64,000 nucleotides of DNA from Candidatus Poribacteria bacterium. GTDB taxonomy: Bacteria > Poribacteria > WGA-4E > UBA9662. How positions within the stretch are numbered: the first letter of the stretch is position 1; every line of letters starts with the position of its first letter. This document shows, one piece after another, positions 9,119 to 19,019 of the stretch. The stretch is from assembly GCA_046582655.1 (NCBI GenBank), contig JAYGDX010000198.1, forward strand, positions 9,624 through 73,623, in the 5' to 3' direction. The notes below the pieces were generated by a model, which did not search any database, was not told where the DNA came from, and saw nothing but the letters and a program-made list of their open reading frames with translations. The position numbers and the translations under genes were made by a program.

Positions 9119-11065
9119 ATGCTGACTTTTTCATCATTGACTACAATAGTTTTTGGTGCACCTAAGGCAAACTCGCTAGAAATTAGTGATTGGCTTAAGC
9201 AATCAATCATTGCCCCGGGGCAAGTTAGAGCAGAAATTGGCGAATATATTCAAAAGCTGATTCCTCCACTCACTGTGCCGGATCGAATTACTTGGGAACG
9301 TCAGGTTTCAGAACTGCGACAGGAGATCCTGGAACAGGTAGTCTTTCGCGGAATACCACAAGAATGGGTTGATTGGAAAGCTGAAACCATATGGGGGGAT
9401 ACTCTGAAGATCGGTCCGGGATATCAAATCCGGAAATTACGCTATCATGCGCTACCGGGCTTGTGGATCCCCGCGTTATTGTATGAACCGATTCAAAATC
9501 AAGAGAAAATTCCGGCAATTCTCAATGTCAATGGACATGTTGGTCCCCCCGGAAAATCCACTGATTACGAACAACTCCGGTGTATTAACTTGGCAAAAAA
9601 AGGAATCTTAGCCTTGCATCCTGAGTGGTTCTATTTTGGTGAGCTGGCTGGCGAGGATTACAGGCATAACCGCATGGCCTACCTTGATTTATGTGGTATG
9701 AGTGGGCTTTCAATCTTTTACTTGGCTATGCGAGGTGGTTTAGATGTTTTGTATGATTATCCGTCAACTGATCTAAACCGTGTTGGTATGACAGGGTTGT
9801 CTGGAGGAGGCTGGCAAACCATCATACTGAGTGCCTTAGATAAAAGAATATCGCTTTCTGCTCCCAATGCAGGCTATATTGATCTGAAAAACCGTATCGA
9901 TTACCGCTCCGATATTGGGGATCTAGAGCAGAACCCGACCGATTTGGTCTCCATTGCTGATTACACTTATTTGACAGGAATGCTGGCTCCGCGCCCTACT
10001 CTTTTACTCTATAATCAGAAAGACGACTGTTGCTTTGTGGCGGAACGGGCTAAATTAGCTGTTTATCATCCTGCGATTCCATTTTACCATCTCTTTGAAA
10101 GGACAGCCGATTTTGTTTATTATGAGAACAAAAATCCGGGTACGCACAACTATGACCTTGATAATCGGGAACAATTCTATCGTTTTGTCAAACAGCACTA
10201 CGCCCTGCTTGGTTCAACCGATGACGAAATTCCATCAGAGACGGAGCTGTTAACCGCCGAGCAGCTAACAGTTGGTCTCCCGGAGGGAAACGCGAATTTC
10301 TTCACACTAGCCGAAAATTGCTTGGATTCATTACCAAAATATCCAGTACCGACGACCAGCAATACTGAACGGCAACAATGGCAAGAATCTGCCCGAAACC
10401 GGCTTCACCAAGTTCTACGTCTAGCACCTTTAGCTGATGGCGGAATTACGGCAGATCAACTTGTCCGACAGGCATCTACGAACTCAGTGACTATTGAAGA
10501 ATATCAACTGATGACCGCAGATCAATTGACTCTACCCATGCTGGTATTGTGTTTGGATCAACCACAAGATCAAGACATTATCATCGCGGTGGCTGATGGA
10601 GGGCGAACTCAGATGGAGGATTGGATTCAAAGGCAAATTTCACTTGGAAGTATAGTGATTACAGTTGATCTGCTATTCATGGGAGAATCAATCCCGACAG
10701 GAATCTCTCCGTGGCAATATGCTATGCTAATTGCTACGGTCGGACAAAGACCATTGGGAATTCAGGTTCGTCAGCTTCAAGCTCTTGTTGAATGGGTATG
10801 TCAAAAATATCAAATTTCTCAGGTCTCACTGCAGAGTCAGGGATGGAATTCGGGAATCGTTGCGCTGGCAACCAGTGGTTTAAGTCCGGGACGGATAAAG
10901 ACGATTAATGCAACTGATGCACTTATTGATCTAAAGGTTTTGGTTAAACACCATCTTGATTATGAAGACTATCCTGCCCTGTTTTGCTTCGGGTTGCTGG
11001 AAGAATTTAATGTCCCTGAGTTAATGGCTTTGTCTAGTCTGGTGAAAATCCGGTATGTTCAATGA
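9119..11065 (+). CDS. Alpha/beta-hydrolase (acetylxylan/glucuronoyl-esterase-like), two-domain
   Basis: GMTGLSGGG nucleophile elbow; PAILNVNGH and LAPRP motifs. Confidence 0.75.
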   Translation: MLTFSSLTTIVFGAPKANSLEISDWLKQSIIAPGQVRAEIGEYIQKLIPPLTVPDRITWERQVSELRQEILEQVVFRGIPQEWVDWKAETIWGDTLKIGPGYQIRKLRYHALPGLWIPALLYEPIQNQEKIPAILNVNGHVGPPGKSTDYEQLRCINLAKKGILALHPEWFYFGELAGEDYRHNRMAYLDLCGMSGLSIFYLAMRGGLDVLYDYPSTDLNRVGMTGLSGGGWQTIILSALDKRISLSAPNAGYIDLKNRIDYRSDIGDLEQNPTDLVSIADYTYLTGMLAPRPTLLLYNQKDDCCFVAERAKLAVYHPAIPFYHLFERTADFVYYENKNPGTHNYDLDNREQFYRFVKQHYALLGSTDDEIPSETELLTAEQLTVGLPEGNANFFTLAENCLDSLPKYPVPTTSNTERQQWQESARNRLHQVLRLAPLADGGITADQLVRQASTNSVTIEEYQLMTADQLTLPMLVLCLDQPQDQDIIIAVADGGRTQMEDWIQRQISLGSIVITVDLLFMGESIPTGISPWQYAMLIATVGQRPLGIQVRQLQALVEWVCQKYQISQVSLQSQGWNSGIVALATSGLSPGRIKTINATDALIDLKVLVKHHLDYEDYPALFCFGLLEEFNVPELMALSSLVKIRYVQ

Positions 11066-11100
11066 TAACGCTCATCGAAAATTGAATAGAAGAAAGAAAG

Positions 11101-11853
11101 ATGAGAATCTCTACCGAACAACAGCGTCAATTGGATGAACAAGGGTACATCGTCATTCCTGATGTGCTGTCAAACGCTGAAATAGACGTTTATCGGAAAC
11201 GGCTGCTGGAATTAGCGGAACTGGAGAAGGAAGATAAAACTGCTAATCTGCATACAGAAAACAAGGGCCAATTAGTCCGATGGCTGGTGAATAAAGGTGA
11301 GCTGTTTGAGAAGTTGGTTGCTCATCCGAAAGTTGTACCTTACTTTGAGTACATGCTTGGATCGGATTACACACTGAGCACCTTAACTTCAAATATCATT
11401 TCTCCTGAAGCCAAAGATGGTCCTTATCATGTCGATAACGCACTAGGACAGATGCCGGAACCGCTTCCTAGGTTTCCCCTGTTTGTTAATTCCCTGTGGC
11501 TTTTAAATGATTTTACTCCTGAGAATGGAGGCACCCGTTTTGTACCAACTAGCCATCGCCGGTTGAAAAAACCACCTTCAGACTTAATGAACGATCCAGA
11601 AGAAATGCGCCTTGCCGCCAAAAAAGGATCTGTTTTTCTTTTCAACGGAGCAATATGGCACGCAGCGGGTGCCAATCAAACAACTGAACCGAGAATTGCA
11701 CTGATCTGTTTCTGCTGTCGTTCATTTCTCAAGCAGATGTTCGACTTCGTACATTATCTCAAGCCGGAAGTAATCGATCGGGCAACCCCCGAAATGTATC
11801 GAATCTACGGCTTCGATTCCCAACCAAAACCGCCTGACACACCGGGAGATTAA
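11101..11853 (+). CDS. PhyH-family dioxygenase
   Basis: YHVD, FTPENGGTRFVP, WHAAGAN. Confidence 0.9.
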   Translation: MRISTEQQRQLDEQGYIVIPDVLSNAEIDVYRKRLLELAELEKEDKTANLHTENKGQLVRWLVNKGELFEKLVAHPKVVPYFEYMLGSDYTLSTLTSNIISPEAKDGPYHVDNALGQMPEPLPRFPLFVNSLWLLNDFTPENGGTRFVPTSHRRLKKPPSDLMNDPEEMRLAAKKGSVFLFNGAIWHAAGANQTTEPRIALICFCCRSFLKQMFDFVHYLKPEVIDRATPEMYRIYGFDSQPKPPDTPGD

Positions 11854-11945
11854 TACCGAAAAGGAATTTAGAAACCTTAGATAGATAATGTACTGAGAGA
11901 TTATCTTGGGTTTGGAGGACACCGGAAACGAACTAAGGAGAACCC

Positions 11946-12335
11946 ATGAAAAGAGCGATTTTGGTTTTTACGCTGATTCTATCAAGTCTCAGTATTGTTT
12001 GGGTAAGCGGGAAAATTGTTAAACATCCTGCTAACGAACCTTATGCGCCAACACAGATGGAGTGGTTTTTAATGGAACTGAAAACATCCTTACCCAACAA
12101 ATTTGATAATATCGATATCATGTTTCGTCAAGATCCTGACTACCTAGAAAAGGTTCAGGTAATTTTCCTGCATGATTCCAATGACACTTATCAAAAGCTA
12201 AAATTACTTGGAGATAAGTATTCACAGAGCATTTTAACGCGTGCCAAGCTGCATGAGTGGAATTGGGTTAAGGTGAAATTGGTTTATCAAGACAAACAGA
12301 AGAAGGCTCAAAACAAGACCCTTATTTTAAAGTAA
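11946..12335 (+). CDS. Hypothetical exported protein
   Basis: AAGGAG RBS; N-terminal hydrophobic signal/anchor. Confidence 0.65.
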   Translation: MKRAILVFTLILSSLSIVWVSGKIVKHPANEPYAPTQMEWFLMELKTSLPNKFDNIDIMFRQDPDYLEKVQVIFLHDSNDTYQKLKLLGDKYSQSILTRAKLHEWNWVKVKLVYQDKQKKAQNKTLILK

Positions 12336-12454
12336 ATCTGGCATAAGAAATTAGAATTCAGAATTCAGTTATCATAGATTTTACCATTGGGATTTTTGTT
12401 TATATCATTTAGTTTGTTATTCAAAAATAAACTGATTATTCTAAAACATTTCCA

Positions 12455-12483
12455 TTGACGGAAAAGACATAAATCGGTAGAAT
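12455..12483 (+). promoter_or_regulatory. Sigma70-type promoter
   Basis: TTGACG-17 nt-TAGAAT upstream of the ORF at 12555. Confidence 0.6.
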
Positions 12484-12554
12484 GAGCGATTATTATCGAG
12501 CTTACGGATTGAGTGGTAAACGCTGCTCATTATAGGAAAACCTAGGAGAAAATA

Positions 12555-13613
12555 TTGAAAACAGTCAAATTAGGTCTGATTGGCGCTGGTGGTATCTCAC
12601 AGGCACATTGTCGAACAATGGCGTCCATTGAGGGGGCCGAAATTATTGCGGTAAGCGATTTAGTCCAAGCTAATCTGGACCGAGCCAAAGAGAACTGGGG
12701 TATTTCAGAAACCTTTAACGATTATAATGAAATGTTGGAGATGGACGAACTGGAGGCTGTGCTGGTTTGTACCCCGACAGGTATTCATGGTGCCCCAACA
12801 GTGGCAGCACTTCGAGCAGGCAAACATGTACTTTGCGAAAAGCCGATGGAAGCCAAGCTTGGTCCTGCAACTGAAATGGTGCGTGCAGCTCATGAAAATG
12901 GGAAAATCCTGATGGTGGCGCTGAAACTTCGTTACAGCCCTCAAGTGATAAAAGCCAAAGAAATTGTTGATGCCGGTACCCTGGGCGACATTTACTATGT
13001 AGAAACGGTTGCCGATCGTCGTCGTGGTAACCCTGGAGGCAGTTTCATCCGCAAAGCCACTGCTGGTTTAGGCGCAGCCGCAGATATCGGGATTTATGCT
13101 TTAGACACGGCCCTATATTTGATGGGACATCCTAAACCGATAGCGGTTTCCGGCATCGCATCCAATGAGCTCAGTCTTAATAATACCTGGAATCCTGCCT
13201 TGAAGGAGACAGAAGTCGAAGATTTTGCCGTTGGTTGGGTGCTTTTTGATAACGGTGCACGTATGGTTTTCAAAACTTGCTGGGAAATGAATATGGATTC
13301 TCTTGGCGGTACAATTTTTCTTGGGAAGCAAGCTGGCCTTCGTCTGGGTGTTGGAGAGGTGCGTGGACCGCAAGAAGGCGTTACTGTCTATGGAGATGAA
13401 GGTGGACGGATCAAAGATGAAACCTTTACCGAATTCGAATCTGTCGATGTCTTCCAACGTGAGGATCAAGCCTTTATTGATGCCGTTCGTGAAGGTAAGC
13501 CTTCTCCGATTGATCCGGATGGAGTGCTGTTGACCAACGTTATTATTCAAGGTGTTATTGACTCGTCAGAGGCGGGCGGACGAGAAATTGAAGTTTCCGT
13601 GCCAACATTTTAG
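12555..13613 (+). CDS. Gfo/Idh/MocA oxidoreductase
   Basis: GLIGAGGI and AGKHVLCEKP; TTG start after AGGAG. Confidence 0.92.
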   Translation: MKTVKLGLIGAGGISQAHCRTMASIEGAEIIAVSDLVQANLDRAKENWGISETFNDYNEMLEMDELEAVLVCTPTGIHGAPTVAALRAGKHVLCEKPMEAKLGPATEMVRAAHENGKILMVALKLRYSPQVIKAKEIVDAGTLGDIYYVETVADRRRGNPGGSFIRKATAGLGAAADIGIYALDTALYLMGHPKPIAVSGIASNELSLNNTWNPALKETEVEDFAVGWVLFDNGARMVFKTCWEMNMDSLGGTIFLGKQAGLRLGVGEVRGPQEGVTVYGDEGGRIKDETFTEFESVDVFQREDQAFIDAVREGKPSPIDPDGVLLTNVIIQGVIDSSEAGGREIEVSVPTF

Positions 13614-13638
13614 TTTTTAACGGGTTGCTGATTACTGA

Positions 13639-13689
13639 AAAGGCTAGGCTGGATTTCTACTATCTTGTGGGAGATCTAGCCTAGCCTTT
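13639..13689. terminator. Bidirectional terminator between convergent genes
   Basis: AAAGGCTAGGCTGGATTTC ... GAGATCTAGCCTAGCCTTT long hairpin. Confidence 0.75.
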
Positions 13690-13712
13690 ATGTTACCTAT
13701 TCAGAAGCAGTA

Positions 13713-14588
13713 CTAAAGCTGTCCCATTCTGCCGGATTGGTAGCTAAGCATAGCTTTTCTGATTTCTGCTTCCGTATTGGCCACGAAGGGTCCGTAACGT
13801 GCCAAAGGTTGATTCAAGGGTTGACCAGCCAAGATTATTAACGAAACAGGATTCAATGAGGTACTAGTGTGGAGGGATAAAAGATCTCCATCTCTGTCAA
13901 ACTGAATCATCTGTCCTTTTACTGCCATTTCTGCTGAATTTTGTAACCCTACTGCACCTGCTAAGACATAGATTAAGGCTGTGTGTTTCTCTTTCACATC
14001 CAGATCAACGGTAGCATCAGGCGAAAGCTCAACCTTAAAAATGGAAATAGGTGAGAAGGTCTTTACTTGGGAAGACACACCCATTACTTTTCCGGCGATG
14101 ACCTTGATGTAACCAGCATTATCTTGCAGGTCGATGGTCGGTATAATTTCTGCTGGCACATGTTGATAGCATGGATCTACGTTTTTATGGACCTGAGGTA
14201 AGTTGACCCAAATCTGTAACCCTTCCAGCGTTCCTCCCGATTTCCTGAACGTTTCAGTAGCCAACTCGGAGTGGATTAGACCCGAACCAGTGGTCATCCA
14301 TTGTACATCACCAGATCTGATATTGGCTTGTCCACCAAAAGAATCTTTATGCTCAATTTCTCCGTTTAATATGAAGGTGATGGCCTCAAAACCACAATGC
14401 GGATGGGCGGGTATGCCTGTGGCTTCTTCTGGATTATAATGCACTGGGCCGAAATGATCGAAAAGCAAAAAAGGATCAATTTGCATTCGCCCGGAAACAG
14501 GAAACGCGCGTGTAACCGGTACACTATCACCCTCGGTTGTCTCAAAACAGTCAAAAATTTTAGTAATCTTACGTTTCGATTTACGCAT
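13713..14588 (-). CDS. Pirin family protein
   Basis: DPFLLFDH, HPHCGFE, WMTTGSGLIHSE, QIWVNLP, YGPFV. Confidence 0.93.
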   Translation of the reverse strand: MRKSKRKITKIFDCFETTEGDSVPVTRAFPVSGRMQIDPFLLFDHFGPVHYNPEEATGIPAHPHCGFEAITFILNGEIEHKDSFGGQANIRSGDVQWMTTGSGLIHSELATETFRKSGGTLEGLQIWVNLPQVHKNVDPCYQHVPAEIIPTIDLQDNAGYIKVIAGKVMGVSSQVKTFSPISIFKVELSPDATVDLDVKEKHTALIYVLAGAVGLQNSAEMAVKGQMIQFDRDGDLLSLHTSTSLNPVSLIILAGQPLNQPLARYGPFVANTEAEIRKAMLSYQSGRMGQL

Positions 14589-14823
14589 TAATCACATAAT
14601 CTCCTTCATAATCTCAATATATCTATCTGATGGTAGTCAAGAATGCCACTAGTTACAAGGAAAATCAGAAACATATCATACACTTGTACTAAGATGAATC
14701 CAAGCAGGAAACAGCAGTATTTTGTATCTGGTATATGCTAGAATAAGTGAGAACCATCGGAATCATCAGTTACATAAATCTTATTCTTTATTTATCTATA
14801 TATGTCTTTCCATTGGAGACACA

Positions 14824-15807
14824 ATGTCCGGTGTAATATCCCAAGTTAACCTAAATGATTTCACTTCAAATGAGTCGCAACGCCAGGCGACCTTCGTTCA
14901 GACGATAGGAGATGCGCTGGTTGAGATTGGCTTCTTTATTTTGACTGGTCATGGTGTGGATGCCAACCTCGTTTCTCGTTGCTACGATCACGCGGCAGCA
15001 TTCTTTAGCCTGCCGGAGAGTGTGAAGGGTGCTTATGGGAAACAGGGGATTAATGGTCAGCGTGGATATACCCATTTTGGACGGGAGCATGCCAAGGATA
15101 GTACTTGGCCAGATCTAAAGGAATTTTATCAGTTTGGACGGACCTTGACTCCTGATTATCCTCTCTATCCCCTGTTTCTGCACAACATCTGGCCAACGGA
15201 GATTGATGGTTTTGAACAGGACTTCAAGAACTTGTATCTCCAACTCGAACGATGTGCCTTTCAATTGCTTGGTGCCTGCTCACTATATCTTGATCAACCT
15301 ATGCATTGGCTTTCTGAAATGTCAGAAGATAGCAACACCATATTGCGTGTTGTCCATTATCCTCCACTTGCCAGTAATCAGTGTCCTGATGGTGTCCGGG
15401 CAGCAGCACACGAGGACATTAACCTGATTACTCTCCTTTGCGGTTCTACTGCAGATGGGCTTGAGATAATGGATCAGAACGGTTCTTGGATTCCTGTTGG
15501 CGCAAATCACCAATATATTATTGTCGATTCTGGAGACATGATGCAAAATTTAACCAATGGCTTGTTTAAGTCAGCCAAACATCGAGTCATGAATCCTAAA
15601 GATGTTACCTCCAACCGCTTCTCCATTCCAATGTTCGTCCATCCACGTAACGATATTGATCTGAGCCCTAGAAAGGAGTTCTTGGGTAAAACTGGAAACG
15701 AGTTACGGTATGAATCAATTACCGCTGGTGACTATCTGTATCGCAGACTGGTTGAGATTGGTTTGGTCAACGAGGACGATGACGAACAAAACTGCGCTCC
15801 ACAATAA
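14824..15807 (+). CDS. Isopenicillin-N-synthase-like 2OG-Fe(II) oxygenase
   Basis: LRVVHYPP, AAAHEDINLITLL, HRV, RFSIPMF; likely start ATG 14824 after GGAG. Confidence 0.9.
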   Translation: MSGVISQVNLNDFTSNESQRQATFVQTIGDALVEIGFFILTGHGVDANLVSRCYDHAAAFFSLPESVKGAYGKQGINGQRGYTHFGREHAKDSTWPDLKEFYQFGRTLTPDYPLYPLFLHNIWPTEIDGFEQDFKNLYLQLERCAFQLLGACSLYLDQPMHWLSEMSEDSNTILRVVHYPPLASNQCPDGVRAAAHEDINLITLLCGSTADGLEIMDQNGSWIPVGANHQYIIVDSGDMMQNLTNGLFKSAKHRVMNPKDVTSNRFSIPMFVHPRNDIDLSPRKEFLGKTGNELRYESITAGDYLYRRLVEIGLVNEDDDEQNCAPQ

Positions 15808-15848
15808 AATTGAAACCCTTTCTTAGTGGGACAGCAAGCGTAATTATC

Positions 15849-16024
15849 TCGGATTTCCCAGCTGAAGTCGTGCAAAAGTAAAATTTGTTAGAATAAAGCT
15901 TATGAAAGGCGTTCGATTGAGTTATCATTATACCAAATTGGAGAACTCAATGGGTGAAAGATGCAAGGAGGCTCTTAGTCTCGATTTTGACCGAAAACTG
16001 AAGGTCGAATTTTATGGAACCAAA
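15849..16024 (+). mobile_element. IS1380-family left-end remnant
   Basis: ATG 15950 gives MGERCKEALSLDFDRKLKVEFYGTK, like an IS1380 transposase N-terminus, then breaks off; putative end TCGGATTTCCCA near 15849. Confidence 0.65.
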
Positions 16025-16067
16025 CGTTCAGTCGCAAATTCGAAACCACTTTCTCCTCACTGACTTC

Positions 16068-16229
16068 TTATCCGCCTACCTTGCCATCAAACCCGTTTTC
16101 AGACAGGTCACGGGCGACTTTTCCGTCATCGGACGAGAGTGCTAGGACTGGCTTAGCATCTTGCCCGTGTTTGATCAAAGGCCCGATGAGAAACATCAGC
16201 GTTAAAAGAGGCATCCGAGTAATCCTCAT
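16068..16229 (-). pseudogene. N-terminal fragment of a LamG-type secreted protein
   Basis: GGAGG RBS; MRITRMPLLTLMFLIG...GKVARDLSENGFDGKVGG* resembles GKVAQDSSDNGIDGELKGG in 20622-21416. Confidence 0.6.
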
Positions 16230-16381
16230 GATTGTTACCTCCGGAATTAAAACTCAAATCGATCTTGTCGATAATCGTTTCGATAGAACCATGTAGGGCT
16301 GAGTTCTCTGCCAAAAACGGATTCGGCTCAAAATCAGTTGATAGGTTTATAGCGTTATAGCAAACATTGCACAATCTAACA

Positions 16382-16411
16382 ATTGTATTTAAATTATAAT
16401 TTTTGTACAAG
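16382..16411. repeat. ~30-bp dyad site, copy 5 (probably reverse orientation)
   Basis: ATTGTATTTAA-ATTATAAT-TTTTGTACAAG. Confidence 0.7.
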
Positions 16412-16481
16412 GCAGACGGCGACCAGATTTCCGTCAACCCCTTGGGGATTTTGCAGAACTGGAGGTTGAAAGAAGGTCAAG

Positions 16482-16638
16482 TTGATACATTTATGCGTGT
16501 TTGTTATTATAGTTACTATGGACCCACATGGTTCATGTGGAACGTCTATCGTTTTTGCTTTGGTAGACTTCGATGCTGATGTATATAGTAAAATAAATAT
16601 CAGCCAGGAAATTGGTAGTAGAAGCTACCAATTTTTTT
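16482..16638 (+). ncRNA. Candidate structured leader or sRNA with promoter and terminator (copy 1)
   Basis: TTGATA-17-TATTAT; hairpins CCACATG-GTT-CATGTGG, GTCTATC/GGTAGAC and GCTGAT/ATCAGC; terminator AAATTGGTAG/CTACCAATTT plus T run. Confidence 0.45.
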
Positions 16639-16741
16639 ATTATTGCCATTGATGAAAGAATTTAAAATGGCATCAGAAATTGTTGGGAACTTTATCCTTA
16701 TCATTACTTTTCAGATAGACACCTAACAAGGAGTATAAGTC

Positions 16742-17514
16742 ATGAAAACCTGTAGAATTTTTCTCTCCCTCCTTTTTTTTACGTCTCTGGTGCTTTTTTA
16801 AACCTTTGTGGAAGGAAATTTCATCGCCAGCGCTAAGACGCTTTTCCTTGATGATTTCGGGGATGGAAAGATAGACAAAGCTTTTAAGTTCACTGGCCAG
16901 GACCCAAAGTGGGTTGAAAAAGGAGGGGCTCTCTCCCAGACGAAGAAAAGTGTCGGGGATGTTTGCCATGCTATCATCGTCGACAGAGAGTATCCCAAAG
17001 CCATTACCATCCAAGCCAAGTTGAGAGTGGACGAATGGGAATCAGGCGCATACGCGAGAAGCGGTATTTCGGTTCGAGTTAATCTGGCGGGAAACGGGCT
17101 TTGTTTTTTGTTTAGTGATCATAGAGTGGCAAAGCCAAGGACTGGAGCTGCTTTCCTGAATGATCATGTCGCTTGGGGCCCTGGGGCCCGCTTGTCCAAT
17201 ACGAATGGGATGTAAAGGGATGGTACTGGTTTCAACTCCAGATAGACGCAAAGGATAAAATGTACGCAAAAATCTGGAAGGACGGAAAAAAGGAGCCAAA
17301 AAAATGGCTTGCAGAAATTGATTCTAAAATCGGTTTGGGAGGAACTAGAGAAGGGTACCCAGGATTGAACGGTTCTTCAGGAAATGGCGGAGGTCAAAGC
17401 CTTGTTTCTTATGACGAAGTTGAAGTCTGGGATGCAGGAGGGCCAACCCCCCGTCCTGTTGAGCCCGCAGGAAAGCTGAGTTTAACCTGGGGGAAAATAA
17501 AAGCAGGGTTTTAA
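16742..17514 (+). pseudogene. Secreted beta-rich protein with C-terminal WGxIK tail, frameshifted
   Basis: ATG 16742 after AGGAG; frame breaks in T-runs near 16771-16800; 8-bp duplication at 17174-17189; ends PVEPAGKLSLTWGKIKAGF*. Confidence 0.8.
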
Positions 17515-17659
17515 CTTATGTCTCCTGATGCTTATGTTGGGGTTGATACGCTTTCTATCGGTGTCAGGAGGTTTTTCTTTTGTTGTTTTGAAAATTCTAG
17601 TTTTTATAAATACTTGCAGGTGATTGTTGAGAAATACTCATAATTTAGTATTCAGCGAT

Positions 17660-17821
17660 CCAACATGGTTCATGTGGAACCCTGTTTTCTGGTGTTCTGG
17701 GCTGACTAGCCTAAGTTCTTCGGAACTCCGTTAAGCGAATATATAGGCACCGTCGAATGCTTCACCAGTTCGATGTTCTGCGGTATGTGATTAAACAAGC
17801 ATACTACTCCATTCAATGGAG
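17660..17821 (+). ncRNA. Candidate structured 5' leader (copy 2)
   Basis: Shares ACATGGTTCATGTGGAAC and TTCGATG with copy 1; CTGGTG/CACCAG stem; AGTTC-TTCG-GAACT tetraloop; CTCCAT/ATGGAG hairpin over the RBS. Confidence 0.45.
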
Positions 17822-17831
17822 GTAACATCAG

Positions 17832-18464
17832 ATGGAACTAGATCTTTATGTCGCTAACATGGATCTGATAGATTTAAACAATTGGGTGACAAAAATTTCA
17901 GCCGCAGCAAAAACCCAGGGGTTTCAGATAGAATACACCGCTATCCAAATCTCTGATCTAAAGCTAATAGAAGAGCCGTTAAGTGTCATCTTGGATGAAC
18001 TTTGTCGTCAACCTGAGTACCAGATAAAATTTCAGGTGCTTGACCCATCTTTGGTATCTACTTATGTTTATAAAAGTTACCAATCTCTGTTGGCTGAAGG
18101 AGAGAATATTTGTTTCTATCTTTCTGCCGAAAATGCAATTTTTGTTCCTTTTGATCACGGATGTCTAGCTAGGAAGGTCGCCCATCTTTATTATCAGGAA
18201 GAAATGTCAAACAAGATTTATCATTTGTATTTGACGCACTTATTGGGACAGGATTCCTATCAAGTAATTAGCCGTTATGGAGGTCAAGGCAAAAGTCTTC
18301 ATCAGGCTAGCAGATCCTTTGATGATCGTCTTGGTGAAGCCGAGAGAGAGTGGAATCGGTTGTACCGTTCTAAAGTTGTAAAGGGATATAAAATCGTGCG
18401 GCCTGAGGTAAGCAATCAGCTCGCGCTGAAATTTCCCTTTCCAGAGGCGATATCGGGTGAATGA
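17832..18464 (+). CDS. Protein with C-terminal WGR-like domain
   Basis: NKIYHLYL...RYGGQG...EAEREWNRLYRSKVVKGY matches the WGR pattern; GGAGG RBS. Confidence 0.7.
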   Translation: MELDLYVANMDLIDLNNWVTKISAAAKTQGFQIEYTAIQISDLKLIEEPLSVILDELCRQPEYQIKFQVLDPSLVSTYVYKSYQSLLAEGENICFYLSAENAIFVPFDHGCLARKVAHLYYQEEMSNKIYHLYLTHLLGQDSYQVISRYGGQGKSLHQASRSFDDRLGEAEREWNRLYRSKVVKGYKIVRPEVSNQLALKFPFPEAISGE

Positions 18465-18742
18465 GGATGGTTATTGTTGTTCATCCAATGCGTAAACTAC
18501 GGATTCATGGTTTTGATACAGTCTGGACCGCGGATGATAATGTCTCTTTGATAGGTAGTGCTGGTGGCTCTTAGTTTTCGGATTCTGTTTCAAAATTGAT
18601 ATAGATCATTTGATTCGTGCGGCTGTAATCTGACATGCCGACAGATATAACTATACTATTGATGAGTCTGTCAATATGTGAACAAACCCCGACCTAGGGT
18701 ATCCTTGACTTTTCAGCGATGGCAAACGGTCAAGTGGAGTTG

Positions 18743-18773
18743 TCTGTATTTTAGTTTTTAACTTAAATACAAC
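18743..18773. repeat. ~30-bp dyad site, copy 6
   Basis: TCTGTATTTTA-GTTTTTAAC-TTAAATACAAC. Confidence 0.8.
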
Positions 18774-19019
18774 CGACATCTACATATTATTTCTCGGATG
18801 CTGACACACATCGAAACCCGAAGTGGTTGACCCTAAAATTCGGAAGGTGGTTGTGGTAGGCCACACAAAGGGCACCAACACCGTCTTGCCAACGACCCCT
18901 CGCACCATCCAGAATTTGCTAACCAGTAGGAGCAGATACTGTTATAATCTACCCAAATATGAGAAACACAACTAGGTTCATGAAACCGTCATGCGTATTT
19001 GTGAACTGTAGGGGGAAAA

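Noticed and set aside
16529..16544. parS-like reading of TGGTTCATGTGGAACG (also near 17666)
   Set aside because: Three mismatches to TGTTTCACGTGGAACA, and identity between the copies extends outside the 16-mer; not excluded but unsupported.
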